This document shows, piece after piece, positions 1 through 9,034 of a DNA stretch of 64,000 bases. Position 1 is the first letter of the stretch; the number at the start of each line of letters is the position of its first letter. Below the pieces are notes generated by a model, which saw only the letters and a list, made by a program, of their open reading frames with translations, was not told the origin of the DNA and searched no databases. Both the position numbers and the translations under genes were made by a program. Source of the stretch: an uncultured Syntrophobacterales bacterium (GTDB lineage: Bacteria > Desulfobacterota > Syntrophia > Syntrophales > UBA5619). The DNA lies in assembly GCA_903928915.1 (NCBI GenBank), contig CAIYSL010000098.1:35179-99178 (forward strand). Reading direction: 5' to 3'.

Positions 1-182
1 AACAGCAGGGCAGCGACCATCGCCAGTTCGAGGATGCTGTGGCCCAGGATGAGCAGCGGACCGGTCAGGGCGCCCCGCCGGGCGCTCTCGCTGATGGTGG
101 CCGTCAGCAGCGGACCCGGCATCATCGCACCGGAGAAGGCCAACAGCAGGGAGGTCGCGAAGACAGCGCCCAGTGCACGCAT
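1..182 (-). CDS. LysE/RhtB-family exporter, N-terminal part (gene runs off the window start)
   Basis: Not in the ORF track because there is no stop in the window. Minus-strand ATG at 182..180 is preceded by GAGGGA. Translation is MRALGAVFATSLLLAFSGAMMPGPLLTATISESARRGALTGPLLILGHSILELAMVAALL, a hydrophobic first helix with the PGP motif typical of LysE translocators. Confidence 0.55.
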   Translation of the reverse strand, partial: MRALGAVFATSLLLAFSGAMMPGPLLTATISESARRGALTGPLLILGHSILELAMVAALL

Positions 183-201
183 GGAATCCCTCAGCGCCGG
201 T

Positions 202-1590
202 TCACGACCGGTCGACGCAGAGGGCGTCGTTGAGGGCGATGATCGCCTTCTCGAAGGCCTCGCGCCGGATCACGAACTGCATGTTCGTCTGCCTGAGCGA
301 CTGGGAGATGCATTCCACGTTGATCCGGTTGGCGGCTAGTGCGTTTGCGGCCTTGGCCAGGACCCCCGGTTTGGCGAAGTTCGTGCCGATGGCGCAGACG
401 ACGGCGACGTTCTTGACGGTGACCGACTGGTACCGCTCCTTGAGCTCCTTGATCAGCCCCTTGTCCTTGTCCTTCTCCCAGATCACCATGGAGATGCTGT
501 TGGCATTGGTGGTCTTGACCACGTAGCTTACGTTGTACCGGGTGAACAGCTCCATGATGCGCATGTCGAACCCCACCTGCCCCACCATGGAGGGGTCATA
601 GACCTCTACGATCACCACCTTGTCGGTACCGGCGATGATCTCCACCCGCGACTCCCGGCCCACGTAGTCCTTCGAGATGAGCGTGCCGGGGTGGTCGGGC
701 TCGAAGGTGTTCTTGATGCGGAGATTGATCCCTGCGTTCTCGAGGGGCTTCGACGCCTTGGGGTGAATCGCCTCCATCCCCACGTCGGCCAGCTGGTCGG
801 CCACGTCGTAATTGGTGAAGTTCAGGACGACGGACTTGTCGGTGCCGACGATCTTGGGGTCCGCCGAGGAGAGGTGGAACTCCTTGTGGATCACCGCCTC
901 GTCGGCCCTGACCGCCACTGCGACCTTGCTGAAGGTTACCTCCGAGTAGCCGCGGTCGAATTCCCGCATGATCCCCTCGGTCCCCTTGGCGTAGCCCGTG
1001 GCGATGGTCACGGTCTTCGAAAAATCGATCCCCCGGAACGACTTGCGCACCCGCTCGTCGATGGTGAGAAACTGGGAGTCCCGGGCCCCGCTCAGGTCCA
1101 CCAGGATAGCTCGGATTTGATTGTTGTGCAGGATGTTGACCGAATTCCATGCGGAGTGGGACTCCCCCACCGAGGCCAGGATCTCGCGGGCGGCCAGGAG
1201 GATGCTCTGGCGGTCCAGGTAGCCCGAGGAGAGGACGTGGGCTAGGCTGTCGAGGGTGAGCTTGGTCTTGCTGATCCGCTCGCGGATGTATGCCTCGGCC
1301 GCGGCCAGATCCAAACCGCTGTCGGCGAAGGTTTCGTTGATCCCGATCAGCTTCTCCACCAGCTCCTCCAGCGGACCGTGGTAGTCCGTCTGCTCGGCGA
1401 ACCGGGCATAGATCCCCGGCTCCCCCGTCTTCTTGTGCTCGAGCAGCCAATTGGTCACGTTGTTGTAGGCCGACACGACGAAGATGCGGTTGAATAGATC
1501 CTTCCTTTCGCGTTTGCCGATGATGATGTTGGTCAGGACATCCTGGAATCGGGACATGGAAGTCCCGCCGATCTTTTCCACGGTCAACAT
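202..1590 (-). CDS. aspartate kinase (long monofunctional form with C-terminal ACT domains)
   Basis: 462-aa ORF. N-terminus MLTVEKIGGTSM is the amino-acid kinase signature. C-terminal ACT-like repeats (VAVVCAIGTNFAKPGVLAKAANALAANRINVECISQS). Confidence 0.9.
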   Translation of the reverse strand: MLTVEKIGGTSMSRFQDVLTNIIIGKRERKDLFNRIFVVSAYNNVTNWLLEHKKTGEPGIYARFAEQTDYHGPLEELVEKLIGINETFADSGLDLAAAEAYIRERISKTKLTLDSLAHVLSSGYLDRQSILLAAREILASVGESHSAWNSVNILHNNQIRAILVDLSGARDSQFLTIDERVRKSFRGIDFSKTVTIATGYAKGTEGIMREFDRGYSEVTFSKVAVAVRADEAVIHKEFHLSSADPKIVGTDKSVVLNFTNYDVADQLADVGMEAIHPKASKPLENAGINLRIKNTFEPDHPGTLISKDYVGRESRVEIIAGTDKVVIVEVYDPSMVGQVGFDMRIMELFTRYNVSYVVKTTNANSISMVIWEKDKDKGLIKELKERYQSVTVKNVAVVCAIGTNFAKPGVLAKAANALAANRINVECISQSLRQTNMQFVIRREAFEKAIIALNDALCVDRS

Positions 1591-1677
1591 AGGGATACTC
1601 TTCCTCCGGGCTGAATGGATACTCTCGTTTTGCTACCGCCGGCTACCCGCCGGCGAGCGGGCAACACACGCTCCCGC

Positions 1678-2262
1678 TCACTTCAGGCCTTTCAGGGCCT
1701 TGATGATGTCCGCCCCCCCGACGAACGTCTCCTTACCGCCCCCTCTGACGATGACGATCGTCGGCGTCCCCCGCACCTTGTCCTCCTGCATCAAGGCGTT
1801 GTACCTGTCGAACACGGGCTTGGGCTCGAAGGCCGCATAGGGTATCCTGTTCGCCTTCAACAGCCCCTCCACCTTGGGCGCCGTCAGATACTCCTTCCCG
1901 GCCGCGGCACGAAAGAGCGTGCCCCGCACATGCAGGGCATGATCGACGTCGCTCCTGCTCTTCAGGGCATACAGAAAATACCGGGCATACAGCGGGGTTT
2001 CATTGTGCATGGGAAAATCTACCAGGACCAGCCGGATGACGTTCTTCAGCAGCAGGTCCTTCAGGATCGGGTCCAGAAAAGGCTCCACCTGCTGACAGGG
2101 GGGGCAGAAGTAGTCCGAATACAGCCGCACCTCGACCGGCCCCGCACCGAAGGCCGGGAACGGGGACTTGCCGCTCCCCGGGGCGGAAGAATCGCCCGCC
2201 GTCGCCGGCGCGACGACTGCAAAAACGAGCAGGACGGTAACCAGAATCTTGATGAACCGCAT
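1678..2262 (-). CDS. secreted thioredoxin-fold thiol:disulfide oxidoreductase (DsbA-like)
   Basis: 194 aa. Signal peptide MRFIKILVTVLLVFAVVAPATAG and a CPPC redox motif (YSDYFCPPCQQ). Confidence 0.8.
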   Translation of the reverse strand: MRFIKILVTVLLVFAVVAPATAGDSSAPGSGKSPFPAFGAGPVEVRLYSDYFCPPCQQVEPFLDPILKDLLLKNVIRLVLVDFPMHNETPLYARYFLYALKSRSDVDHALHVRGTLFRAAAGKEYLTAPKVEGLLKANRIPYAAFEPKPVFDRYNALMQEDKVRGTPTIVIVRGGGKETFVGGADIIKALKGLK

Positions 2263-2337
2263 AGCACGCCTCCTTTGCCGTCCTTCTTGGCACAGTTTAC
2301 CGAATCCGTCAACGGAGGAGTGGACAGGCAGCGCCCG

Positions 2338-2970
2338 TTACCGGATGGTAATCTCGACCCGCCGGTTTCTCACCTCCGCCACCCCGTCGGGCGTGGGAAC
2401 CAGTTGGTTCTCCTTTCCGTGGTAGGTGATGTCGATGAGTTTGTCGGCAACCCCCCGGCTCATCAGGAGAGACGCGATTGCCCGGGCGCGCCGCAGCGAA
2501 AGGGTCCGATTGAACTCGGCGCTCCCCACCGAATCCGTATGCCCGGATACTGTTATTTCGTATTGATTCCGAGCAGTTATCACGGCGAGGACCTCCCGGA
2601 TCGTCTCCCGGGACGGGGCCGTCAGCTCGGTTCCCCCGGTATCGAAGTACACCCGGTAGGTCACCGGGGGGTCCGGACGGGCGTCCAGGGCGTCTTTGAA
2701 CGTCGCCTTCACCTGGCTTGCGTCCAGCACCCGCGGTTCGCTGGGCAGCCGATCGATGCTCGTCACCTCCGTGGCCTGCCACGGCTGGTCGAGTATCTGC
2801 GATCCCTTCTGGGTGGCGACCTCGACCCTCCCTACCCTGCCGTCCGCCTCCGGCATTACGACGAACTGCGATTTCGGGGCGCACCCTCCGGCCGCCAGCG
2901 CGGCCAGCAGACAGATGCCGCCGATCATCACCCGCTTCAGTTGCCTTCGCATGGGCCCACCTCTCCGCAC
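2338..2970 (-). CDS. OmpA/MotB-domain lipoprotein
   Basis: 210 aa. Lipobox LAAGGC. C-terminal OmpA peptidoglycan-binding motif ITVSGHTDSVGSAEFNRTLSLRRARAI. Confidence 0.85.
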   Translation of the reverse strand: MRRGGPMRRQLKRVMIGGICLLAALAAGGCAPKSQFVVMPEADGRVGRVEVATQKGSQILDQPWQATEVTSIDRLPSEPRVLDASQVKATFKDALDARPDPPVTYRVYFDTGGTELTAPSRETIREVLAVITARNQYEITVSGHTDSVGSAEFNRTLSLRRARAIASLLMSRGVADKLIDITYHGKENQLVPTPDGVAEVRNRRVEITIR

Positions 2971-2988
2971 GATGGCCGGACGCGCCGC

Positions 2989-3519
2989 CTACTTCTCCTC
3001 CGCGTTTTTTTCCCCGCCCCCCCGGAGGACGGCGTTGAGCCTGGCGATATGCTCCTCGGTGAAGTCCCTGAGCCCGCCGTCCTGCTCCGCTATGGCGAGG
3101 TAGGTCCCGCGGATGCCGCAGACCGCGGTCTTGGTCTCGAACCGCACCGCCTCCGGTTTGAGCTTCGCGATCAGCCCGGACAGGTAGACCAGCGTACCCC
3201 GCTTCAGCCGGTTGACCGTCGAGAGTTTCCGTTCGGCCGGTTCGAACACGAAGTCGGTGAACTGCAGCCGCGAATTGGCGCCGATGGAAAGGACGGCGTC
3301 GTCCTTCATGATCACCCCCAGCGCCCCGTCGCGGCCCGTGACGAGCTCGTCCTTCTCCCGGAGCGTGTCGCCGAGCTTCGCCGGGGCCGCTTTCTGCCCC
3401 CGCTCGATGTACGCCTCCCCTTTGACCGTTTTCACCACCCCGATCGGCGCCTCGGCCGCCGTCGCTTCACCCGCGGCCAACAGCAGCGCCGCACAGATAC
3501 CGATGGCAAGGGCTCTCAT
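2989..3519 (-). CDS. secreted FecR-domain protein
   Basis: 176 aa. Signal peptide, then GVVKTVKGEAYIERG...LGDTLREKDELVTGRDGALGVIMKDDAVLSIGANSRLQF, the FecR-type beta-sandwich pattern. First gene of a three-gene minus-strand unit with the OmpA-like and DsbA-like genes. Confidence 0.7.
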   Translation of the reverse strand: MRALAIGICAALLLAAGEATAAEAPIGVVKTVKGEAYIERGQKAAPAKLGDTLREKDELVTGRDGALGVIMKDDAVLSIGANSRLQFTDFVFEPAERKLSTVNRLKRGTLVYLSGLIAKLKPEAVRFETKTAVCGIRGTYLAIAEQDGGLRDFTEEHIARLNAVLRGGGEKNAEEK

Positions 3520-3681
3520 CTCTCCTCCCGTGGTGCGCGTACTCGCCGACGATCTTCCTTCTCCTCCCCCATTCCGGGATGGTTCTTAAACGACCCGGGG
3601 GCGGTTGGCAAGCATTTCTTGCCGGATCGCCCCGGTGCGGGGCGCCCGTGCCTCCGGGCGGAGAAAATACCGCCCCCGCGG

Positions 3682-3710
3682 TGGCGAACAGCCGGGTGAA
3701 GGTGTATACT
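3682..3710 (+). promoter_or_regulatory. candidate sigma70-type promoter for the ADP-ribosylglycohydrolase gene
   Basis: TGGCGA (3682-3687), 17-nt spacer, TATACT (3705-3710), about 35 nt upstream of ATG 3745. The -10 region shares the 11-mer GTATACTCACC with the promoter at 63230. Confidence 0.35.
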
Positions 3711-3744
3711 CACCCCGTGAACCCATCCGCAGAAGGAGGATGAC

Positions 3745-4833
3745 ATGCCGAACAGGGCCATCACGGAACGCGCAGCCGGGGCCATCATGGGCGCCTTCAT
3801 CGGCGACGCCCTCGGGCTCGGTCCGCACTGGTACTACGACCTCGACCAGCTTCGCCGCGACCACGGCGAATGGATCACCGACTACACCGACCCCAAACCC
3901 GGCCGCTACCATGCAGGGCTCAGGGCCGGCGAGCTTTCCCAGGCGGGGTTCATCCTCGGGCTGCTCCTCCGCTCGCTCGTCGAGCGCGGCGGCTACGACG
4001 AGGCGGATTTTTGCCGGCGGATGGACGAAGAACTCTTCCCGCTGCTCGACGGCACGCCGGTCAACGGACCGGGCGGCTACACGAGCCAGTCGATCCGGGA
4101 CGCCTGGCGCAGGCGCGTTCAGCAGAAACGCCCCTGGGGTGAGACCGGCGGCAACGCCGACACCACCGAGGCCGGCGAACGAACCCTCGTCCTTGCCGTC
4201 CGCTACGCCCTGCACCCGGGCCGGCTCGCCGCAGCCGTGACGGGCAACACCCTGCTCACCCAGAGCGACCCTGCCGTCGTCTCGCAGACCGTTGCCTACT
4301 GCGCGGTCCTGGGTCTGCTCGTCCAGGGACACCGCCTCGACGCAGCCATATCGGACAAGCTGATGGCGCTGGTGGGGCGGGGCGAGCTCCCCTTTCACGC
4401 CGTCACCCGGGCCGGATTCCTGCCGCCGCTTCCCGGCGATCCCGACCCGCCCCGCGAGGGGCGATTTGCCTCGCCGGATGCCCTGCTCACCCCCTCCTAC
4501 ATGGCGCGGGCCGCGGCAGATCCGGGGATCCGCATCGAACCGGCCTGGAAGGTTTCGCTCGTCTACGGGATGCCCTGCGCCATCTACCACATGCTCCCCG
4601 CCGCCTACTACCTCGCCGCCCGCTTCGGCGACGATTTCGAATCGGCCGTGCTCCATGCGATCAACGGCGGCGGCCAGAACCAGGCGCGCGCCATCCTCAC
4701 CGGCGCCCTCGTCGGCGCCCAGACCGGCATCGCCGGGATTCCGCCGCGGTTCATCGCCGGGCTGCACGATTCGGCGGCACTCGTCGCCCTCGCCGGCCGG
4801 CTGGCCGAACAGATCGAAGTCCCGGCGTCATGA
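3745..4833 (+). CDS. ADP-ribosylglycohydrolase family protein
   Basis: 362 aa. N-terminal RAAGAIMGAFIGDALGLGPHWYY matches the ARH/DraG GDALG motif. C-terminal GGQNQARAILTGALVGA is typical of the second metal-site region. SD AGGAGGA lies upstream. Confidence 0.8.
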   Translation: MPNRAITERAAGAIMGAFIGDALGLGPHWYYDLDQLRRDHGEWITDYTDPKPGRYHAGLRAGELSQAGFILGLLLRSLVERGGYDEADFCRRMDEELFPLLDGTPVNGPGGYTSQSIRDAWRRRVQQKRPWGETGGNADTTEAGERTLVLAVRYALHPGRLAAAVTGNTLLTQSDPAVVSQTVAYCAVLGLLVQGHRLDAAISDKLMALVGRGELPFHAVTRAGFLPPLPGDPDPPREGRFASPDALLTPSYMARAAADPGIRIEPAWKVSLVYGMPCAIYHMLPAAYYLAARFGDDFESAVLHAINGGGQNQARAILTGALVGAQTGIAGIPPRFIAGLHDSAALVALAGRLAEQIEVPAS

Positions 4834-4866
4834 TCCCGCACCCGGCGGGACGACAGCCGCGGCGGT

Positions 4867-6243
4867 TCAGCCGGGGCCGTGCCCCCGCCGGATCGGACAG
4901 CTCACGGAATGCCACCCGGCGATCCCGCCGAGGACCACGGCCACGTCGCGCCACCCCTCCCGCCTAAGGAGGCTGGCGGCGATCATCGACCTGAGCCCGC
5001 TGCCGCAGAAGATGGTGACCCTGCGGTCCCGGGGCACCTCCTCCAGCCGTGCCGGCAATTCGGTCACGTGGATGTGATGGGCGCCGGGGATCAGGCCCGT
5101 ATGCTCCAGTTCGCCGGTGCCCCGGACGTCGAGGATCCAGCGCTCCCCGCCGGCGTCGAGCTCGGCGCAGAGCGACTGGACCGTGACCGTTGCCACCGCC
5201 TCGCTCTCCCGCCCGGCCATGTGCCAGGCGAGCATCCCCCCGGAGAGGCAGCCGGCCACGTCGGTGAACCCGAGGCGCATCAGCGCGCGGCTGACCGGGG
5301 CCGGATCGTCGGCATCGTTGACCAGCAGCAGCGGCCGGTCGTCGGGGAGAAACCACCCGGCAAAACTCGGGAGCCCCGCCGCCCAGATGGAGAGGGCGCC
5401 CGGGATGTGCGAAGCGCCGAAGGCGAGCACCGTCCGCGTGTCCAGGACGATCGCCTCCCGGCTGAGGCGGGCAAATTCGGCCACGGAACGGGGAGCCGCA
5501 ACGGTCTCGGGAACGGTCGCCCCGTCGAGGTTGAACCGTTCCATCCTCCGGAAATAGGGGGGACGCTCCAGCTTCGAGGCGACGTGCGCAATGAACGCGC
5601 CGCGGTCCTGCCACCGCAGCTTGGGGTTGTGCAGGCGCTCCAGGCCGATCGTGGTCCAGGGCCGCTCGCCGATGCCGCCGGCGCAGACCGAACCGGACCC
5701 GTGGGCGGGGCAGACGATCACCCCATCCCCCAGGGGGAGCAGCTTGCCGAACAGGGTGTCGTACAGCTGGCCGGCCAGGGCCGGGGCCTGGTCCATCCCC
5801 AGCAGGTCGACCCGCCCCACATCGCCGGCGAACAGGGCATCGCCGGTGAAGACCATCCAGGGGACACCGTCCGGGTCGGCCAGGAGATAGCTGATGCTCC
5901 CCGGGGTGTGGCCCGGGCAGTGGATGGCCCGGAGCGTCAGCCGGCCGATCCGCCAGGTCTGGCCGTCGCGGCTCGGGGTCCCGTACCGGTATTCCCACTG
6001 GGCGTCGGCATGCCAGATCGCGGCGCCGGTGCGCGCGGCGAGTGCCGCCGACCCCAGGACGAAGTCCTCATGGCGGTGGGTTTCGAAGATGTGCAGCAGC
6101 CGGTATCCGCTCGGGCCGGTCTGGGCGAGGTAGACGCCGCAATCGATCCGCGGGTCGATGACCGCAGCCTCGCCGTCGTCGCCGATGAGATAGGAATAGT
6201 GGGCAATCCCTTCCGCTTCGATCCGTTTGCAGAGCATCCGCAT
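4867..6243 (-). CDS. MBL-fold persulfide dioxygenase fused to two rhodanese-like domains (CstB-like)
   Basis: 458 aa. Metallo-beta-lactamase motif ETHRHEDFVLGS and HCPGHTPGS. C-terminal rhodanese domain with active-site loop IFCGSGLRS. Confidence 0.85.
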   Translation of the reverse strand: MRMLCKRIEAEGIAHYSYLIGDDGEAAVIDPRIDCGVYLAQTGPSGYRLLHIFETHRHEDFVLGSAALAARTGAAIWHADAQWEYRYGTPSRDGQTWRIGRLTLRAIHCPGHTPGSISYLLADPDGVPWMVFTGDALFAGDVGRVDLLGMDQAPALAGQLYDTLFGKLLPLGDGVIVCPAHGSGSVCAGGIGERPWTTIGLERLHNPKLRWQDRGAFIAHVASKLERPPYFRRMERFNLDGATVPETVAAPRSVAEFARLSREAIVLDTRTVLAFGASHIPGALSIWAAGLPSFAGWFLPDDRPLLLVNDADDPAPVSRALMRLGFTDVAGCLSGGMLAWHMAGRESEAVATVTVQSLCAELDAGGERWILDVRGTGELEHTGLIPGAHHIHVTELPARLEEVPRDRRVTIFCGSGLRSMIAASLLRREGWRDVAVVLGGIAGWHSVSCPIRRGHGPG

Positions 6244-6437
6244 CCTCCTTTCCCACGGCAGCGGCCTGGTGTAACCTTCGCGGAGAATAGTACCGGATCA
6301 CGGGACGATTCGCAAAGGAAAAACAGCGCGATTTGCCTTGACACCGGTGGCGACTTGTATCACCCTGGCACCAGGCCCGGCTGGGCTCGCGGGTTGCGCT
6401 CCCGGTCACAGAACGATGCGAACAGAAGGAGGTTTCC

Positions 6438-6920
6438 ATGGCTGAGCACAAGGTTGTCGCGGTCGGTTCCCGGGTGCGGGACTTTTCCCTCCCGGACCAG
6501 GAGGGAAAGGAGGTGCGGCTCTCCTCCCTGCGGGGGAAAAAAATCCTCCTCTCCTGGCACCCCCTGGCCTGGACGGGGATCTGCTCCCTCCAGATGAAAT
6601 CCCTCGAAAAGAACCGGCGCGCCTTTGCCCGGCTCGGCGCCGTGGCGCTCGGCCTGAGCGTCGACACGGTCCCCTCGAAGAAGGCCTGGGCCGCCTCGCT
6701 GAAGATCAAGGAAACCAGGCTGCTGAGCGACTTCTGGCCCCACGGGAAGATCGCCCGGGCCCTGGGGCTCTTCCGCACGGACGGCGGAATCTCGCAGCGG
6801 GCAAACGTCATCCTCGACGAGCAGGGGAAGGTCATCTTTGTCAAGGTCTACCCCCTCAAGGTTCTCCCCCCGATCGACGAGATCCTTGCGGTCCTGCAAT
6901 CGCCGCCGAAGCGGAAATAG
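6438..6920 (+). CDS. peroxiredoxin / redoxin-family thiol peroxidase
   Basis: 160 aa. FSLPDQEGKEVRLSSLRGKKILLSWHPLAWTGICSLQ is the AhpC/TSA-Bcp type pattern with a peroxidatic Cys. Confidence 0.85.
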   Translation: MAEHKVVAVGSRVRDFSLPDQEGKEVRLSSLRGKKILLSWHPLAWTGICSLQMKSLEKNRRAFARLGAVALGLSVDTVPSKKAWAASLKIKETRLLSDFWPHGKIARALGLFRTDGGISQRANVILDEQGKVIFVKVYPLKVLPPIDEILAVLQSPPKRK

Positions 6921-6934
6921 CGGCCAGGGGCGGC

Positions 6935-7867
6935 GTGATGACCGGAGACGCCGCGGGCCGCAGGGGTGCATGGCCGCTCCACGGCTGGATCGGCCTCGCG
7001 CTCGTCGCCCTGTTCTGGATGCTGAACTGGTCGCTTGAGGGGCTCAGGACCCACTGGGGGTTCTTCCCCCTCTGGCTCGGCTACGCCCTTGCCGTCGACG
7101 CCGTCGTCTTCCGGCGGAAGGGCAGCTCCCTCCTGACACGGAGCGCGGCCGCCTACGCGGGGCTGTTTCTCCTTTCGGCCCCGGCCTGGTGGCTGTTCGA
7201 GCTGATCAACTCCCGGACGCAGAACTGGTTCTATCTCGGCGAGGAGGCCTTCACGACCGTCGAGTACGCGCTCTTCTCCACGCTCAGCTTCTCCACGGTG
7301 CTGCCGGCGGTGTTCGGGACCGCCGAGCTTGTGGGGACCCTGCGCCCGCTCGGGAGGATCGGTCCCGGCCCGGTCCTGCGCCCCACGGCGGCCCTGCTGA
7401 CGGGGATGTTCTGCGCCGGCGGTCTGATGCTCGCCCTGACCCTTCTCTGGCCGGAGATCTTCTTCCCGCTCCTCTGGACGTCCCTGTTCTTCCTGCTGGA
7501 GCCGCTGAACGCCCGGCTGGGAAACCGCTCGCTCTTCGCCGAGTTGGCCCGGGGCGACTGGCGGCCGCTCATCGCCCTGGCCGGCGGCTGCCTCGTCTGC
7601 GGGTTCTTCTGGGAGCTGTGGAATTTCTATTCCTACCCGAAGTGGGTCTACCGCATTCCCTACGCCGGCTGGCTGCCGCTTTTCGAGATGCCGCTCCTGG
7701 GCTACCTCGGATACCTCCCCTTTTCCCTGGAGCTGTTCTCCCTCTACCATCTGGTCGCCGGGCTCCTCTTCCCGGGCCGGAACCGCGGCTATCTGCGACT
7801 GCTCGACGACGAAGCCCCGCCGGCGGCCGAGGGGCAGCCGCCCGTTGCGAATCGGCCCACCTTCTGA
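6935..7867 (+). CDS. polytopic membrane protein of unknown function
   Basis: 310 aa, about 8 hydrophobic helices, Trp-rich motifs (FWELWNFYSYPKWVYRIPY). Starts 15 nt after the peroxiredoxin stop, so probably co-transcribed. Confidence 0.65.
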   Translation: MMTGDAAGRRGAWPLHGWIGLALVALFWMLNWSLEGLRTHWGFFPLWLGYALAVDAVVFRRKGSSLLTRSAAAYAGLFLLSAPAWWLFELINSRTQNWFYLGEEAFTTVEYALFSTLSFSTVLPAVFGTAELVGTLRPLGRIGPGPVLRPTAALLTGMFCAGGLMLALTLLWPEIFFPLLWTSLFFLLEPLNARLGNRSLFAELARGDWRPLIALAGGCLVCGFFWELWNFYSYPKWVYRIPYAGWLPLFEMPLLGYLGYLPFSLELFSLYHLVAGLLFPGRNRGYLRLLDDEAPPAAEGQPPVANRPTF

Positions 7868-7956
7868 TAGGGTAGCGGCGCAAAAGCGACCGCTGTCGCG
7901 CTAACGGGGGATCCTGTCCCGGCGATGCGCCACAGGGATTTATCAGGAGGCTGCCT

Positions 7957-9027
7957 ATGTTCGCCGTCATCATGGCCGGGGGAAAGGGGACGCGGTTCTG
8001 GCCCCGGAGCCGGGAGCGGATGCCCAAACACCTGCTCGACATCCTGGGCGAGCGGACGATCCTCCGCGAGACCGTGGACCGGATCAGGCCGCTCGTCCCC
8101 GCCGACAGGACCCTGGTCGTCACGGGCCGAAGCCACGCCGCAGAGGTGATCCGCCAGCTCCCCGAGATTCCCCCCGCAAACATCCTGATCGAACCGGTCG
8201 GGCGGAACACCGCCCCCTGTATCGGTCTGGCCGCCCTCCACATCCTCAGCCGCGCGCGGGACGAGGTGATGTTGGTCCTCCCCTCGGACCACCGGATCGG
8301 CGACGACGCGGCCTTTCGGCGGATCCTGAAGGCGGCCGCGGCAGAGGCGGCGCAGGGCGACCGCCTCGTCACCATCGGCATCCGGCCGACGGGCCCCGAA
8401 ACGGGGTACGGCTACATCGAGCAGGGCGCGCCCGCCTCGACGCTCGGCAGCGAAGGGGTCTACCGGGTCCGCTCCATCCGGGAGAAGCCGCCCCGGGAGG
8501 CGGCGGAGCGGTACCTGGCCCAGGGGGGATTCTCCTGGAACAGCGGGATGTTCGTCTGGAAGGCCGCGACTATCCTGGCGGCGATCGAGCGGTTCCTTCC
8601 CGACCTCAATCGGGGGCTGACGCGGATCCGGGAGGCCATCGGCACCGAGCGCGAGGAAGCGGTCGTGGCGGAAACCTACGCGGGGCTTCAGGCGATCTCG
8701 ATCGACTACGGCGTGATGGAAAAGGCCGGGGATGTCCTGGTCATCCCGGGGGAATTCGGCTGGTCCGACCTGGGAAGCTGGGACGCCCTGTGGGAGGTAT
8801 CCCCGAAAGATGCGGACGGGAACGCCGTCCGCGGGGAGTTCATCGGCGTCGATACGGCGGACTCGCTGGTCCACAGCCCGGGGAAGGCGGTGGCGCTGAT
8901 CGGGGTGCGGGACCTGATCGTCGTCGATACCGGAGACGCGCTATTGGTCTGCCGCCGGGGCCGCTCCCAGGACGTCCGGAGGGTCGTGGAGGAGCTCGAG
9001 CGGCGCGGCCGCAAGGAGTATCTGTAG
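7957..9027 (+). CDS. mannose-1-phosphate guanylyltransferase (NTP-transferase domain only, no PMI cupin)
   Basis: 356 aa. MFAVIMAGGKGTRFWPRSRERMPKHLL is the GMP/ManC-type nucleotidyltransferase signature. SD CAGGAGG lies upstream. Confidence 0.85.
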   Translation: MFAVIMAGGKGTRFWPRSRERMPKHLLDILGERTILRETVDRIRPLVPADRTLVVTGRSHAAEVIRQLPEIPPANILIEPVGRNTAPCIGLAALHILSRARDEVMLVLPSDHRIGDDAAFRRILKAAAAEAAQGDRLVTIGIRPTGPETGYGYIEQGAPASTLGSEGVYRVRSIREKPPREAAERYLAQGGFSWNSGMFVWKAATILAAIERFLPDLNRGLTRIREAIGTEREEAVVAETYAGLQAISIDYGVMEKAGDVLVIPGEFGWSDLGSWDALWEVSPKDADGNAVRGEFIGVDTADSLVHSPGKAVALIGVRDLIVVDTGDALLVCRRGRSQDVRRVVEELERRGRKEYL

Positions 9028-9034
9028 CACCGCG

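Noticed and set aside
1593-1624. Direct 9-mer repeat GGATACTCT (1593-1601 and 1617-1625) just upstream of the aspartate kinase start; I also considered a lysine riboswitch
   Set aside because: The intergenic space (88 nt) is too short for an L-box. The repeat flanks the RBS and may simply be chance or part of the -10/RBS region. I have no further support.
3604-3623. Sigma-54 promoter (TGGCAAGCATTTCTTGCC)
   Set aside because: The GG-to-GC spacing is 12 nt rather than the 10 nt required for -24/-12 promoters. The element is better described as a 6-5-6 inverted repeat (GGCAAG-cattt-CTTGCC) of unknown role in the divergent intergenic region.
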